In this document: positions 27,566-41,699 of the stretch, in pieces
Position numbering within the stretch: the first letter of the stretch is position 1
Layout: each line of letters begins with the position of its first letter
The notes under the pieces: model-generated
Database searches by the model: none
Seen by the model: only the letters and a program-made list of their open reading frames with translations
Told to the model about the DNA's origin: nothing
Source: Podarcis pityusensis
Taxonomy: Eukaryota
Assembly (NCBI GenBank): GCA_964106645.2
Contig: OZ067044.1
Reading direction: 5' to 3' (one strand)
Length of the DNA: 64,000 nucleotides
Made by a program: the position numbers and the translations under genes

Positions 27566-30500
27566 GTAGGTAGTCCTTCTCTTCTTCCAATCTGTGTGCT
27601 ACTAGTGTGCTTTTTAGTATTTACGGTTTGCTTTTCATGACTCAATACTTGTGTGCATGTGTTTTAATGTACAGCACAATCACATCTTGTGCACAGTTAA
27701 CGAGTGTGATTTCAGTCTTGCGCAGTTGAAAGCAGGCCAGTTGAAATTGTGTGAATTAATTGCACACTTAAAGGCTCCTTTTGCACTGGGTTTTCCCAGT
27801 GTGGAAAGAGCTTTTAAGCTCTCCATCTTGCTTACCAGGCAAGTCCTGCTCAGTGTGCGAGTTCTGGGATGCTCTTGCAAGATCTTGTGGGAATGTGGAT
27901 GCCCCCATGAGATCTCACGAGACCACACGCTGAGCATGACTTTCCCGCTAAGCAAGGCAAAGAGCTCAAAAGCTCTTCCTTCCTTGGGTATAAGGTCCAC
28001 TTGGCACATTGGCTCGAGAAGGTAAGTATGGTCGCACAGGACAGTTTCAAGGGGGTGGGCTGAGTATATGTGCCATCTCCAGAGTCTAACCCTGTGCAAG
28101 ATGTGATTATACTGTAGCCCTTTATATAATTTATTCATTTAGTTATCAGTGTGTGTGGCACCACAAGTGTAAATGTATTTCATAAGTGTTACAGGGGTTT
28201 TTTTGTATGTAAATGTTTTCTAAGGCATAAGGTGCTATAAAATCTGTGCTAATTCTAATCAAATGTTTTGGTATGTGATGCCTTCGTATCCATCAGAGTC
28301 TTAAGATTATTTGTAAATCTGCTAAGGCTTTCATGACATCTAAAGGAGGACTATAAAAATATTTCCAAATTGCAGCAGTGACATCATGGCTGTGTATCGA
28401 CTATCATACCTCATAATTAACTGAGGTATGAACAAGCCTCATGGAGCCACCTCAGTCCTTCCCTATGATCCAGGAAGTAAACCTGGAATTCTCAGTTAAC
28501 CTATAGTTTCCTTATAGGTTTGTACTGGGAAACTATGGTTAACAAATTCCAAACAAACCAGGATATTAAACCAACTTTAAACAGTGCCTTAGTATTCCAT
28601 GCATGTTTGTAAGCATTAAGTGTAGTTTCCTGGTTTGGAAACAATGGGAAACCCTTGTTAATAGAAACTTGTTGACTTACTTGCCTGCTCATGCAAAGGG
28701 AGGGGCAAAACAGCTCTCTGCAAGTGTACGATACTCATTCATATCTTGGCTTCTTAAGCTAAAGAAAATTACAGTCTGAAGCTAATGCCATCACTTTAAA
28801 ACAGGTGGGGAACCATTTTCAGCCCAAGGGCTGAATCAGAAATTGGGCCACCCCTCCATGGGCCTCTTTTTAAGGTGGTTGGGGCAGATCAGCTTATTGG
28901 TTCTAAAAGCCCCCTTGAAGTTGTTCGTTTACAGGTGCAGTTTGGTATGAAACCTTGCTTGCAAATGGACATTTTTCTTTGGCATTTGCAGGTGCAAATG
29001 ATTAAACGATTAAATATTGCAAGGGGGAGATAGCAGCAATGCCTTTTCCCAGCCCTGTGCATGCTGTGGCCACTACTGCCATCCAACCTGTGTTTAATGT
29101 GTAGATAACTAAAGACTGATGAATCGATCTTCTGTTCATTTAAAATTGTTGACATTAATTTCTCCCTTTGGTTTCCGTTGTGACAGATTCATGTATTGTC
29201 TAGCTATCTGAAAATAAATTTATTGCAAAAAATGGCATTAGCAGTAAAATCTCCAAAGACAACTGTTTTCTAAGCCTTGTCAAAAAGTTCTGAAATTGCT
29301 TCTCTAATTGTATTGGGAGTTATGGCTTTTGGCATTTTTATCCACGTCCACTGTTTCAGCGCTAATTCTACTACATCTGTTCTCCTTCTACAAGTACCAT
29401 AGCTGTCAGAATGGCTGCTTGATAATACATTTTTTAGGGATTGCTAGTTCTCCATTTTTTGTATTTTGCAAGACACATTGGTTAATAAAAGTCTGAATTC
29501 TTTGAAAAGTTACATTTTATCTTGGTACCTTGATCTGTGGTGAACATTCTGTTCTGTACTGTGATGCTGTTATATTTTTGTGTATACAGAAGTAGCAGTA
29601 GGCATTCAGAAAAACTCAAGATGCTTAGCTTCAAATTATGGGTCTAATATTTCAATAGCTGTTTATTTATTAAATATTTTAAACAAATATGAGAGCCCAG
29701 AATTTCAGACTTCAACTGTGTGTTTTTCCTTCTTTTAAAAGTGGCAGCATTGTTTGCCTGCTGGTTTTTGAAGTAATGTGAAGAATTAGAGTTTCTTAGA
29801 GCAGAAGGCTCTGAATGTTTGCTTGGAAATAAATCCCACCATGTTCAGTGGCGCTTACTCCCAAGTAAGTGTGCATCCCTAGGTCATTTTGGATTTGATT
29901 TTTAGTGCAGGGCTGCAGCTGTTGAGTCAAGGCTTGGTTACTCTCAGTCCTAGGGCATAGCAGAAGGCAAGAGATAAAGAAAACTGATTTGTAGAAAGGA
30001 TTTGGGACATACAGTTGAGCTAAAGGAATGGGTTAAATAAAGATGTGATATAGTGGAATACTTGCTGAAAACCAGGGCCATTGGTCCAATCGGGGATCTT
30101 TTAATCTGGGGATGTTGGGTCAGGTCTTTACTGTACTGAGGCAGTTCCCAAATCTCATCTATAGTGAGACAATGGTAGGGTCTTCTCATAACAGAGAAGT
30201 TAAAAGTCAGAATTTGGGGTTTGTTAAATCCTTTTTTAAAAAAACCAAAGGCCGGAAAAACATGATTTTCTTCTTCATTGAGCATGTTTTTAAAAGGCTG
30301 TACCATGGCAATCTATTTATGGACCATATATTCTAGTTCCAAGTTGGTCCACATCTGTGGATACAGAGCTCTTACCCCCACTTTGGTGGCCTGACATTCA
30401 TGCTGGAATATCACTTCAGCGCTCTAGCACACTGGGTCTGCGTAACTCACCCAGGGCACCATTCACATAAAAACTACCATAAATATATCAAAATTTTCAA

Positions 30501-32421
30501 AAGTAGGGTCCACGGCTTGGCTTTTGAAAAACAGGGGGTCCACAGTACTTAGCTAATTGGGAACCAATGCTCTAGCAGGTTCTCCATCAAATTTAGTTCA
30601 GGTTTTTTTTAGCCATTTCCTCCTCTGTCTTAGCATATGTGCTGCAATAAGTGATGGGTGTGATTTAGATATTTATTTTCTTGTTCTTCCCTACAGGGTA
30701 GGCAGGGCTAGTTGCAGAAGAGGTGTAGCTTATTGGACTCCTGTGCATTTATTTCAGAGGCAGCAAAGTAAAGCACCTGATAATTTGCAGCAAAAGCTTT
30801 GTTTGTCTTATGGCTGTGGAATTGAACTCTCTTGTGCAGTTTATATAATCCAAATGGGCACATGTAGTTAGAGATTTGTCAGGATGATTGGGACAACTTT
30901 GCCCATGGAACTGAAAAGTAAGTTATTTCTTTTTAGAGGTTGTACATTAATTTTTTACATTGTAGAATATCTGGTTTGCCTAGAATATCTGGTCTAACCT
31001 TTTTATTCCAAGCAGTTAACTTAGTGGTTTGTGCAATGCAATCCACTTCTCATTGAAGTCAGTAGCAAAGCTCTCACTCATTTTAATGCAGCAGGATTGT
31101 ATTATTTGTATTTTTTGCAGGTTGATTTTCAGATGTGCTTGTAAAGATGTTGAACTGATGCCATGACAGTGTGTTATATTCACTGCAAAAATACATATAT
31201 TTTTGACATTCTAATTTTAATAATAATGATTCTTATAATTAATGTGTATGATGAAAATAACAAATGTACAAGTTCAAGAAGTTCTGACTAATTTTCTATA
31301 CTTTTTGCAAGTATGAACAACTGTGTTATAATGCTTCTTAAATAACAAATGAAAGTTCAAACCATTTATTAGTGGCAAATGTGTGTTGTTTGAATATTGT
31401 TTCTGATTGCAATGGTTATTAAATAATTTTATTCACTTTCATACAACTCTTCTTCCAAGGAACCCAGGGCAGGACAGTGTACATGCCCCACCTACACACA
31501 GACACACACTAATCCTTATAATAACTTTGTTGAGGTAGGTTAGGCTAAGATAGGCTTACCAGCCAAATGGCATCCATTAAATTTCCAAAGCTTAGCATGG
31601 ATTTGAATCTGAGTCTTCCTGCTCATATTCTGCTTCTTATCCGTGAGACCCTCCTGGTGGTAATAGAGACTAGCAATAGCTCTTCTACTCATCTTGTTTA
31701 ACAAACTCTTTTGTCACCATAATGAGCTTTATATATGCACTCATTCATAAATTATCACATATCGCTGTTTGCCTGTTGGCCATCTTAGAAAATGGTAACC
31801 AAACTGGAAAATTCATACAACAGGATGCAAGTGTCTACCCAAGTAAAATCACATAGGCCTGAATCATATACAAACTTCAAGATTCTCTGCACATTCTGTT
31901 TTTTTAGAAGAGTCTACAGCAGATCCTGGAATATTGCTAAAGGTTTAAGATAAGCAGATATGCGCCATTCATATCACTTTACAGCATCAGTTCTGTATTG
32001 ATTTTGATGTTACATTTTACTTTAGGAGGAAACGATGAAAAACATTAAGGTGCCAGTACTAAGTTTACTTACCAGGGAATAACTCCACTGAACACAATGG
32101 GATATTCAAGCCTTGGCTTAGGCTTTCATTGCAAGTTGGAGTTAAACTTCAAACTGTACATTTTTGCATATTGTTGTCAGCAGGTAATCAAGTGATTCTG
32201 CTTGTGTATGAAGCTTTCATACCAGAGTAATATTTTTAAAAATTCATGTACATTATTCAGGGGAAGAAAATACATCAGAATTGTCTCCAAGTCCTGCATA
32301 ATTCTGCAAATATGTGTATGTAGCACATTATTGCTGAGCATTTTTCTGCCTTTTGGCTTTTCTAGGTAGATTATGCGTTTGATATTTTCCCTCCTTCATG
32401 TCTTCCTTTTTCTCTTAACAG

Positions 32422-32880
32422 CGGAAGGCTATGCAGCCTTCCAGGAAGACAGCTCTGGGGATGAAGCTGAAAGCCCCTCCAAGTTAAAGCGCTCCAAAGG
32501 GATCCACGTTTTCAAGAAGCCAAGTTTCTCCAAAAAGAAGGAAAAAGATTTTAAGATAAAAGAAAAACCCAAAGATGAAAAACATAAAGAGGACAAGCAC
32601 AAGGAGGAAAAACATAAAGAGAAGAAATCTAAAGACTTGACAGCAGCGGATGTTGTGAAACAGTGGAAAGAGAAGAAGAAGAAGAAGAAACCAGCTCAAG
32701 AGGCAGAGATACCGCAGGTGGATATTCCCAGGCCTCGCCCTGTGTTTGGTATCCCTTTGGCAGATGCAGCAGAAAGGACCATGTTGTATGATGGCATCCG
32801 CCTGCCAGCAGTTTTCCGGGAATGTATAGATTACGTAGAGAAATATGGCATGAAATGCGAAGGCATCTACAGAGTTTCAG
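32422..32880 (+). CDS. RALBP1: RALBP1 coding exon (459 bp): EGYAAFQEDSSGDEAE...start of RhoGAP domain (EGIYRVS arginine finger)
   Basis: taacag acceptor, GTATAG donor; in frame. Confidence 0.97.
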
Positions 32881-35398
32881 GTATAGTGGCCCAACTAAAG
32901 GTAGCTTTCGTCTGCTTTGCCTCATGTCTTTTGACCCAAAGGGCATGGTGGGGCTCTCCACCTTCACATTGCCCAAAACTTCATGTGACTTTGTAAATGC
33001 CTGCAGCTTCCTAAAACCAAATATGTTTAGCTGCTGTTGAGTTTAGGCTAGCTCTAAATTTAAGGCTGGAAGGATTGCTGATAAGCAGGTATAATTGAAA
33101 AATGATTTACTCTGCTTATATATATTAAAGTTCAATAGGTTAAAGACACAATTCTATATACATCTACCATTTGTGTTCAGTGGTGCTTGCTCCTGGGTTA
33201 ATGTGCATTTTTTTTATCGAGTCCTTAAAATTTATAAATTGCTTGATTGTGGGGGTTTTTTAAACAAGTTACATATATTACCACTGCAATTAAGACTGCA
33301 AATTTTATGCCCAGTTTTCTAGAAGTAAGCCCTTTGAATTTGACTGGATTTCCTTTTCAATGAACACATAAGATTATGCCGTAAGTTAGCAAACCTAGTC
33401 TTTTGCGTTTGAGGGCACAGTGTCTTATCAGATCCATTAAAGTCATGCTTCCCTAGAGTGGCACTGATTTCCAAGCGGTTTCCTCAGCCATCTGCCACAA
33501 CCTGCTTGCTGAGTAGAGCAACTGAAAAAAACAACATGGTTCAGTCTTTGTGATAGAAAGAGAAAATTGGCACATGGCACTTCCCAACTGCATTCCTCAC
33601 AACGCTTGCTCTGGAGTAGTGACTTCAGTATGTATAATGGTATAGAGTGGTGTAAGTAGTTTGAGGACTGTGAGAATATAACCTAATCAGAGATGTTAAG
33701 AACCTTGCAGTTGTTTGCTATATATTTTTAATTATGTTGTGTAAAAGATTCAGTGCTAGCAAGTAAAATAGTGATTTGTCAAGTGGCATATGGTGGGGAG
33801 AGAACATATTCTTCAGCTGTTTTTCCCTCCTACACTTTCATTTTGACTTTCTTCCAAATGGAATTTATACACAAAGTCCTCATTAGCTGGTATCTTGAAA
33901 AAACAGGGGAAATGTTGCAATAGCAGTTGAGGATTTAGCTTGGATTTGAAGAAAACACCCCGGTGGTAATGCCAAGATAATTAGCAGCCACGGTAGTTGT
34001 GTAACCCTTGATCCACATAAAAGTAACAATGATTCGAGTCATTTATTTAATTATACAGCTGTATTTTGAATTGTGAATGCCACCTGTGAGAGGCATCATG
34101 TCCGTGATCGAAATGCAATGCACGAGCTGTTTTGACAGGAACTGAAATGCAAATTCCAAGGCGGAATTTAAAGACAAAACTGCACAGGAAGTAAATATTT
34201 TGAAGAGATATTTAGTGCAAACATTGCACATTAGTGATACATAAATATGAAAGCATAGCCACACTTTTATTGACACTATGTCACTATTTCAATCAGAAGT
34301 ATAATTTTCTGATCTTGGAGGTTCATATCCTTTACTATGCCAGGCCGTGCTACAGTATGACCATGACAGTGTAAAGTGTCCTTCTCTGGGTAGTAGATAT
34401 GGATACTGCTTGGAATTTAAGCTTGAAAGGGAATTTGTGCAAGCATTGGAAAGTGTTTGGGCAAGTCTGAACAATGCAGAGAAGTAAAGTATTCTGATTA
34501 TAACTGACTTGTAAACAAGTCCATAAAAGTTGGTATCCTGCAACCTTGCTTTATTTTATTTTTACTAACCTGCCTCCTAGCAGACTAGTGGTGTGGATGG
34601 GTGTTTAAGCCTTCTGCATTTCTGTGCCTGTCCTTCCTCTGTGGCTAGCATGGAAACCGAACACGCAGGCAGAGGACAGCAGAGCAGTTTGTCTCTCCTC
34701 CACCGGTGTGCTCATTCATCAGCATAGAATTCCATGCACTTGCCTGCATGGAATTTTAGTGGCCTTTGATGACCAGGTGTGTTCTTAGAAATAAGGATTG
34801 AAAGTGGATAGTGTACAACACATCAGACACATCAGAACATGGGTGTGGTTTATTATTATTAAAAAAATTAAAGAGATGGTTGAAATTCCGAATCAAAAAG
34901 TCACCATCCAACCACTATCTCTGCTGTTTCTCCTCTACCTGCTTTTGCTGTAAATTGGAGACCCTGGATGCACCCACAAAATACACAAAACTATGGTTTA
35001 ACACCCAAGGATGAGCCTGAGTGACTTGTCAGGCTTGCATGCATCGTTCTCTTCCGTCATGGTCTTGAGGTACATTTTGGCAGAGTTTAGTTTCACAGAA
35101 TCCTGGATCGTTACTACATTTGAAACATGGATTCTAATTTAAAACAAACTGGCAAGTTTCATAACAAGCTGGTGTCAGACTGTGGGTTTGTTCTGCTTGG
35201 ACTTGTTCTGGCTCATCCATGCCGTGCTAAACCATGCAGACGCAGCCTAGGGCTCCTTCCTGCCCTCTTCCATTGCACACACCCTTATCTGCAGTCAGCA
35301 TGCTGTAGTGTTATTTCTTGAGTTAAGAGCCCAGGGTGGTATTCAACAAGGTTTTCCTGAGAGCAGACCTATTGAAATTAATGAGCACAACTAAGGTA

Positions 35399-35806
35399 CA
35401 GTGGTGCCTCGCAAGACGAAAAGAATCCGTTCCGCGAGTCTCTTCGTCTTGCGGTTTTTTCGTCTTGCGAAGCAAGCCCATTAGCGGTTTAGCGGATTAG
35501 CGCTATTAGCGGCTTAGTGGCTTAACGGATCAGCTGTTAAGCGGCTTAGCGGATCAGCTGATGAGCGGCTTAGCGGATCAGCTGATAAGCAGTTTAGCGA
35601 CCAGCTGTTAAGCGGCTTAGCGGATCAGCTGATAAAGCGGCTTAGCGGCTTGGGAAAAAGGGGGGGGGGAGGAAAAAAACCCCGCAGGAACTCGCAAGAC
35701 ATTTTCGTCTTGCGAAGCAAGCCCATAAGAAATTCGTTTTGCGAAGCACCCTTTCGTCTAGCGGGTTTTCCGTCTTGCGAGGCATTCGTCTTGCGGGGCA
35801 CCACTG
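35399..35806. mobile_element. pogo/Tigger-like MITE with ~24-bp minisatellite (GCGGCTTAGCGGATCAGCTGTTAA)n
   Basis: TA|CAGTGGTGCCTCGCAAGACGAA ... TTCGTCTTGCGGGGCACCACTG|TA; many internal TTCGTCTTGCG motifs; CpGs intact. Confidence 0.88.
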
Positions 35807-35976
35807 TAGGTTCATTAATTTCAGTGGGTCTGCTATGAATAAAACTTACTTGAGTACTTCCCCCAGTGTTTTGTGACTTTGCAAAATGAAGATAGTGCTT
35901 TACATGTGTGATTGCTCTATTTTTGTTTGTTTTTGGAATTATTTTGTGAAATCATTTTTTTTCTCTCTTTTTTTAG

Positions 35977-36326
35977 GAATTAAATCAAAGGTGGATGAGC
36001 TAAAAGCAGCATATGACCGAGAAGAATCCCCCAACCTGGAGGAGTATGAGCCTAACACTGTAGCCAGCTTGTTGAAACAGTATCTGCGTGAACTTCCTGA
36101 GAACTTGCTTACCAAAGAGCTCATGCCTCGCTTTGAAGATGCTTGTGGGAAGAGCCTGGAGGTTGAGAAATTGCAGGAGTGCCAGCGTCTCCTGAAAGAA
36201 CTACCAGAGTGTAACTATCTCCTAATTTCTTGGCTGATTGTGCACATGGACCATGTAATTGCAAAGGAACTAGAAACAAAAATGAATATACAGAACATTT
36301 CCATAGTACTCAGCCCAACTGTTCAG
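35977..36326 (+). CDS. RALBP1: RALBP1 coding exon (350 bp), RhoGAP core: IKSKVDELKAAYDREE...NISIVLSPTVQ
   Basis: ttttag acceptor, GTATGC donor; ASLLKQYLRELPE RhoGAP motif. Confidence 0.97.
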
Positions 36327-36357
36327 GTATGCATAATAGGCTCTCTATTTCCCTACT

Positions 36358-36403
36358 TCTCTCTCTCTCTCTCTCTCTCTATGTATATATATATATATAT
36401 ATA
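36358..36403. repeat. Compound (CT)n(TA)n microsatellite just downstream of a RALBP1 donor
   Basis: Direct reading. Confidence 0.9.
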
Positions 36404-39400
36404 TCAGTGGTTTTCAGACTTATTTCTCTGGGCCAATTTCAGAATAATAATTTGCTCTTGCCACACTGAATTTTTAAGTGATAAGAAATACATTGGGACA
36501 CAAAAAGAAGCAACAACTAGCAGGGCTTCATTTTGAAAAGATCTATCCATATTCTGCAAATAAATATATATATTCTGATGCTATACTATACTATACTACA
36601 GTGGAATGTTTAGATGTTTATTTGATTGTCTTTGAATCTTCCTGCCACACTTGCTATCCTTACCTGCCACACCAACATGGCATGCCACACTCTTTGAGAA
36701 CCACTGTGCTCTCTATATCCCTGCCTACATCCATATGTTGCTGAAGGTAAGCAGAGTTGGGATCTGCGTAGGACACATATAGAAGCTGTTTATAGAGGAA
36801 GGAGGGGATGTAAATGTAATTAATTGTGCACCAAGCTATCATTTATAGTTGGTTGGGACCAACAAATCAAACTTAATGACCTTGTGATAGTACCCAGTCA
36901 CCCTCTTACATAATCCAGACCAGTGTGCAACTATGGGTACCTGCAGAGCCCATAGTTCCAGATGGTGTTCAGGCAAGGGAGCCTTGTTAGACACTCCTAA
37001 ACTGGGACTGTGTTAGTTCTCTTTGTGTCCTCCTCCCCAGCCTCCCAAGGTCTAGAACAGAATGGATATTTGTTTTGGTTGAGGGTTTATTTGACATACC
37101 CTACAGTTATACATAATTTACCATTCTTCCTGCAATGTTTTAATGGCCCTCATTCATTGCTTCTGTTGTCTCAATTAGCATTGCAGGGAAAGAAAATTAT
37201 GCAAACGAAACCCAGCTTTACCAAGCAGCAGCAGTTTTTGAGATTTTGAAGCTTAAAACAGCCATCCTTTCTTTGATATATTTAGTAATGTCTTTACAAT
37301 CTTGGATAAGATTGCCGCTGTCTTTGGCATCCCAACTGGTTGGCATTTTTAAGCCTTTGGCCATGCAGGCATGAGAAAGGGTTGCAGAAAATATACTTTC
37401 TAGGTATTAGGTCCCATTGAACATAGTGAACTAACTTTTGAGTACACAAGGGCTACGCTGTTAGTCATATGATAAGTTACATATATCAGTATAAAAGCAC
37501 TAGAACCTGGACTTTTGCTAGGTACTGAGGGCTTAACCACCTGCTACCTTCACATCTCCAAATGTAGATCACATATGTTGATCTCCTTCCAGAATGAGTA
37601 ATCACAGTAATCTCATTTTAATTTTATTATTGAATAATGATGCTGTCAAACCAGTTGTTCAAATGCTAAACAAGATATTCCAGTTGAAACTCCTTTTGTG
37701 CAATGTATCAACTAAAGTCAAGACAAAAATCAAATCATTTGATAGTGTTATACTTTTTGTTGTTTAAATTTATTCCATTATATCTTTGAATTTCAGTTAT
37801 TCCCAGTTGAGAATTGAAGTCTAGGTAATATTTGTTTTTTAATCTCACTGCCATTTTTATGTAATCCAATGAGAGAGTGAAGCTTTTTGGGCATGTGGAT
37901 TAGGTAATGTTCTTTGACGTCTTTGCTTTGCTCCATCTCCCTTCTTAGCAGCCAAAGTAAAATGAAAGCAACATGGTATTACCCTGTTATATCTTGTTAT
38001 ATATGTAGGATTAAGTTCAGTTAAAGTCATATATTCCTAGACTCCAGATTTTTTCTGGAAACTAATGTGACAGCTAGATTCCAAAACAAATCAGTTTTCA
38101 AGGCCATGAACAGTAGTATCTCTTCTCAGTGTATACTTCCTTGTGTTTTTTAAAATGACTGACTGATAAAAAATATTTCATGCTTTGAATATTCTTATTA
38201 TAGGTGGAGAGTTAAACAGGCATTTTTTTTAAATGTTGCAGGTATTCAAAGTACAATGTAAAGACTTCATAGAAAGGATCTCATTATATCAACGCTTTAA
38301 CCCAGCTGGAGATTCTGGAATTGACAGTATAAAATTTTAGCTAATTTTTTGCTTTCTAAGAGTTCTGACATTTTGGGATTGCAAGATATAAAGTTAACAC
38401 TTCGTTTGGGATCCATTTCCCAGTGCTTAGACTAACAAAGAAGGCTATAACAGCACAGGGTCTTTATTAAAAAACCTGCTCTTGCCTAGTCAATTTTATG
38501 AAGTTTGTGGGAACAGACTGGATGGATATCTCTGGTTCTCTGTTATGTAAGAACATCAAACTGGAGCATTAGGATTAGGCCGTCAGAAGTGCATGTTTGA
38601 CATGTCACCTTCATAATCCATTTATATTAAAATGTTGAATAATAGTATTGCTGTTATTTTACACTTCCAAAGCTCCTAAGATTTTCTAAGCCTATATGTG
38701 TATTAAAGATAAGGCAGCCTCTGCCTGCAGACACAACCTCTCATATACATCTCATAAAAGGAATGGGAAAGGGAGAAGTAAGCAAGCATTGGAGCAGCTG
38801 TTCCTTCTCTGATCAATGAATTAATCGTCTGTTTGCCATGGTGTTCTTCCTGGGAGGCAGAGGGTGCAGCCTCTCATTAGTAGAGGCCAGAATCTTCTTC
38901 CCTTTTGTTTTGTAGTACTAGAGCAACTGGTGTTACAATGCAGTTGGTATTGCCTACGTAAATAAGAGAAGTCCAATGGTGCTGTTTTATTGTAAAGCCA
39001 AATCATGGTAAAAAGAACAAAGGAAAGATTGTCAGAAAGGTTTTTGCAGCTTCCCTTTGTGGATTCTTCTACTGTTCTAGAACTACCTGTCATTTAGTCC
39101 ATCCTTGGCCCCTTCTCAGAACCCCTCCCATATCAGGCTAGTGGAGATGAACTCAAATATTGCTTTCAGATCATGTTGCACTGGAAGAAAATGTACTGCT
39201 ATTGCAGAGCAGAACACTCCACATTACTCTTAAAGGCAGGTCAAGGCAAAAGTTTAAAGGAAAAAGTAAAATAAAACTGTAAGATCATTTGCTCAGCCTT
39301 TCCTGGATAAAAATTTCTCCTTGCCTGAAGGTGGCAAGTGGTCAGACCCCAACGTTTAAACAAAAAACACATTTACCAGATTCCTTTGGAGCCTTTACAG

Positions 39401-39797
39401 TTACGGAGTTAACAAACAGTAGCAGCAGCCTGGAGTTGTTATTAAAGCCAGTTTGGAACTTAATTCTTATTTGCTGATGGTTACAATTGACATAAATGAG
39501 TAACTTGTTTAGGATCAAAGAGTCGGCCATTACATTTCCGCCCAGATAATTGTGTGATTTTTTTTAAGGGGAAACTACGCAATTTTAACACAATTACATT
39601 AGATTTTAACATGATTACATTTCAACAGCTAATTATTTTTAAACATGATCTCTGCGTCTTTAGCCTGTTCAGGAAGTTACAGGAAGGAATATCTTAGGTC
39701 TGTTAGAATTATTTAGCATCTATGCTGTGGATGTTTGCAGACCAAGTGATTAGAGAGGAAGGTCAAAAGTAGTAATTTGACTGTTACGTCTTTTCAG

Positions 39798-39959
39798 ATC
39801 AGCAACCGTGTCTTGTATGTGTTTTTCACACATGTTCAAGAGTTCTTTGGAAATGTGATTCTGAAACGGGTGACAAAGCCTCTACGCTGGTCTAACATGG
39901 CAACAATGCCAGCATTGCCTGAAACACAGGAAAGCATCAAAGAAGAAATTAGAAGACAG
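39798..39959 (+). CDS. RALBP1: RALBP1 coding exon (162 bp): ISNRVLYVFFTHVQE...IKEEIRRQ
   Basis: ttttcag acceptor, GTTGGT donor; in frame. Confidence 0.96.
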
Positions 39960-40548
39960 GTTGGTGCACTTATACTTTTCTTGGCGCTTTCAGTTGAATT
40001 TTTATATTGAAACAGGGCAAATTTCATACTGACCAGACAAATAATCACACAGGAGAAATTATCTTCATTTTATAAGAAATAAGTTTGGGTTTTAACATAG
40101 GATGTGATACATCTCAACTACAGAGTTGCTTCTCCTACTTCTTTAATAAAAGAGGTGGTGAAGAAGACTCCAGAATTTTTTGACTGGAAAGTAAGAACTA
40201 AAAATGAAGGAGCCTCAAGCTTCCCCTCCCATTGTAGACAATTGTGTGTTGGGGGGCAGGGGAATAACAGGGCAGGTTTACACCAGCTATCAACAGCTAC
40301 TACTCACAATGGCTATGTTCTGCCTCCACTATGCTTCTGAATGCTATTCTGGGACTCACAAGTGGGTAGACTACTATTGCATTCAGATCCTGGTTTTGGG
40401 CTTCCCATAGACATCTGGTTCGCCATTGTGATATCAGAATGCTGGATGGGCTGCTGGCCTGATCCAGCAGGCTCTTCTTATGTTCTTAAAAGTTTTTTTA
40501 AGCTTAGAAATTGAATAATATTGCTGAATATGGTGTGTGTTTTACTAG

Positions 40549-40785
<237 letters not shown>

Positions 40786-41699
40786 TAACATTGTCTTAAT
40801 CAAAATATCATGCTATCCCTGACAGGGGAGACAGAGCTGTTCTTCCTTTCTGCTATGGAGGCTTTTAACTAGTCTAGTGTGGGATTGTTTATAGTTCATA
40901 GTTCTGATGGATCAAAATGTCTCACAGCATATTACTTCTTTTCCCCATCCTTAAATAAGAGGCTCCCTTTGACCATTGCCGTCCAGCGTAGTTGTCCTTA
41001 CTTAACACAGCATCAGAGGCAGGGATTCAAGTTCCTTAAACACTGGGCACTGCTGCAAAGTGAATTCCAGGATCTCATTATTGGGATCCTTGGTACCCTA
41101 TCCTGTAATAATGAATGGCCTGGTGTACCAGCATGGTATCTGATAATGATAAAATTGTGTGTATTCCTGATATTTCACTTCTAAAGCGTGCTGAGTTTCT
41201 GTTGCAAAGGCATGGGGTAGAAATGTTGCACTAGATGACTGCTCTTCTCTTGGGACGCTTACAGTTTCTGGCTCTCAGTTTCACAGTTTGGTGTTTGAGC
41301 TTCTGACAAGGTTACCTTTCAGACTTTTGTTGTAATTGCCTTGGGCTTTATTGGCCGATGCCTTTTGTGTGGTTAATCACGATATCTTCAGGTATGTGAA
41401 AATGTCCGCTTGCCACAGTGCATAAATCAACTGATCTGTCTGGTGGGGGAACCCACAGTCTGCTTGTTCACAGAGAATCGAAAGCAGCTGCACAGATTTA
41501 ACCGCCATCTGTCCTAGAAGGGAAAGCAAGTGATTAACCTGACCCACTAATGCTACTTTAGGAAGTTTGAATAACTTCAGATATTTTCTCAGTATAATAA
41601 CAGCACAAAAACCTCTGTGAGCTCCTGTTTAGATACAATTTCATTTAACCATATGGCTATGTTTGGCAGTGGCCATTAATCAAGATTTTTTCAATGTAG

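Noticed and set aside
34130-34165. VIEMQC...LKCKF resembling a hAT transposase C-terminal patch
   Set aside because: Too short, needs a frameshift, no flanking support.
35481-35651. Regular short repeats superficially like a CRISPR array
   Set aside because: Eukaryotic intron, no unique spacers, enclosed by MITE TIRs.
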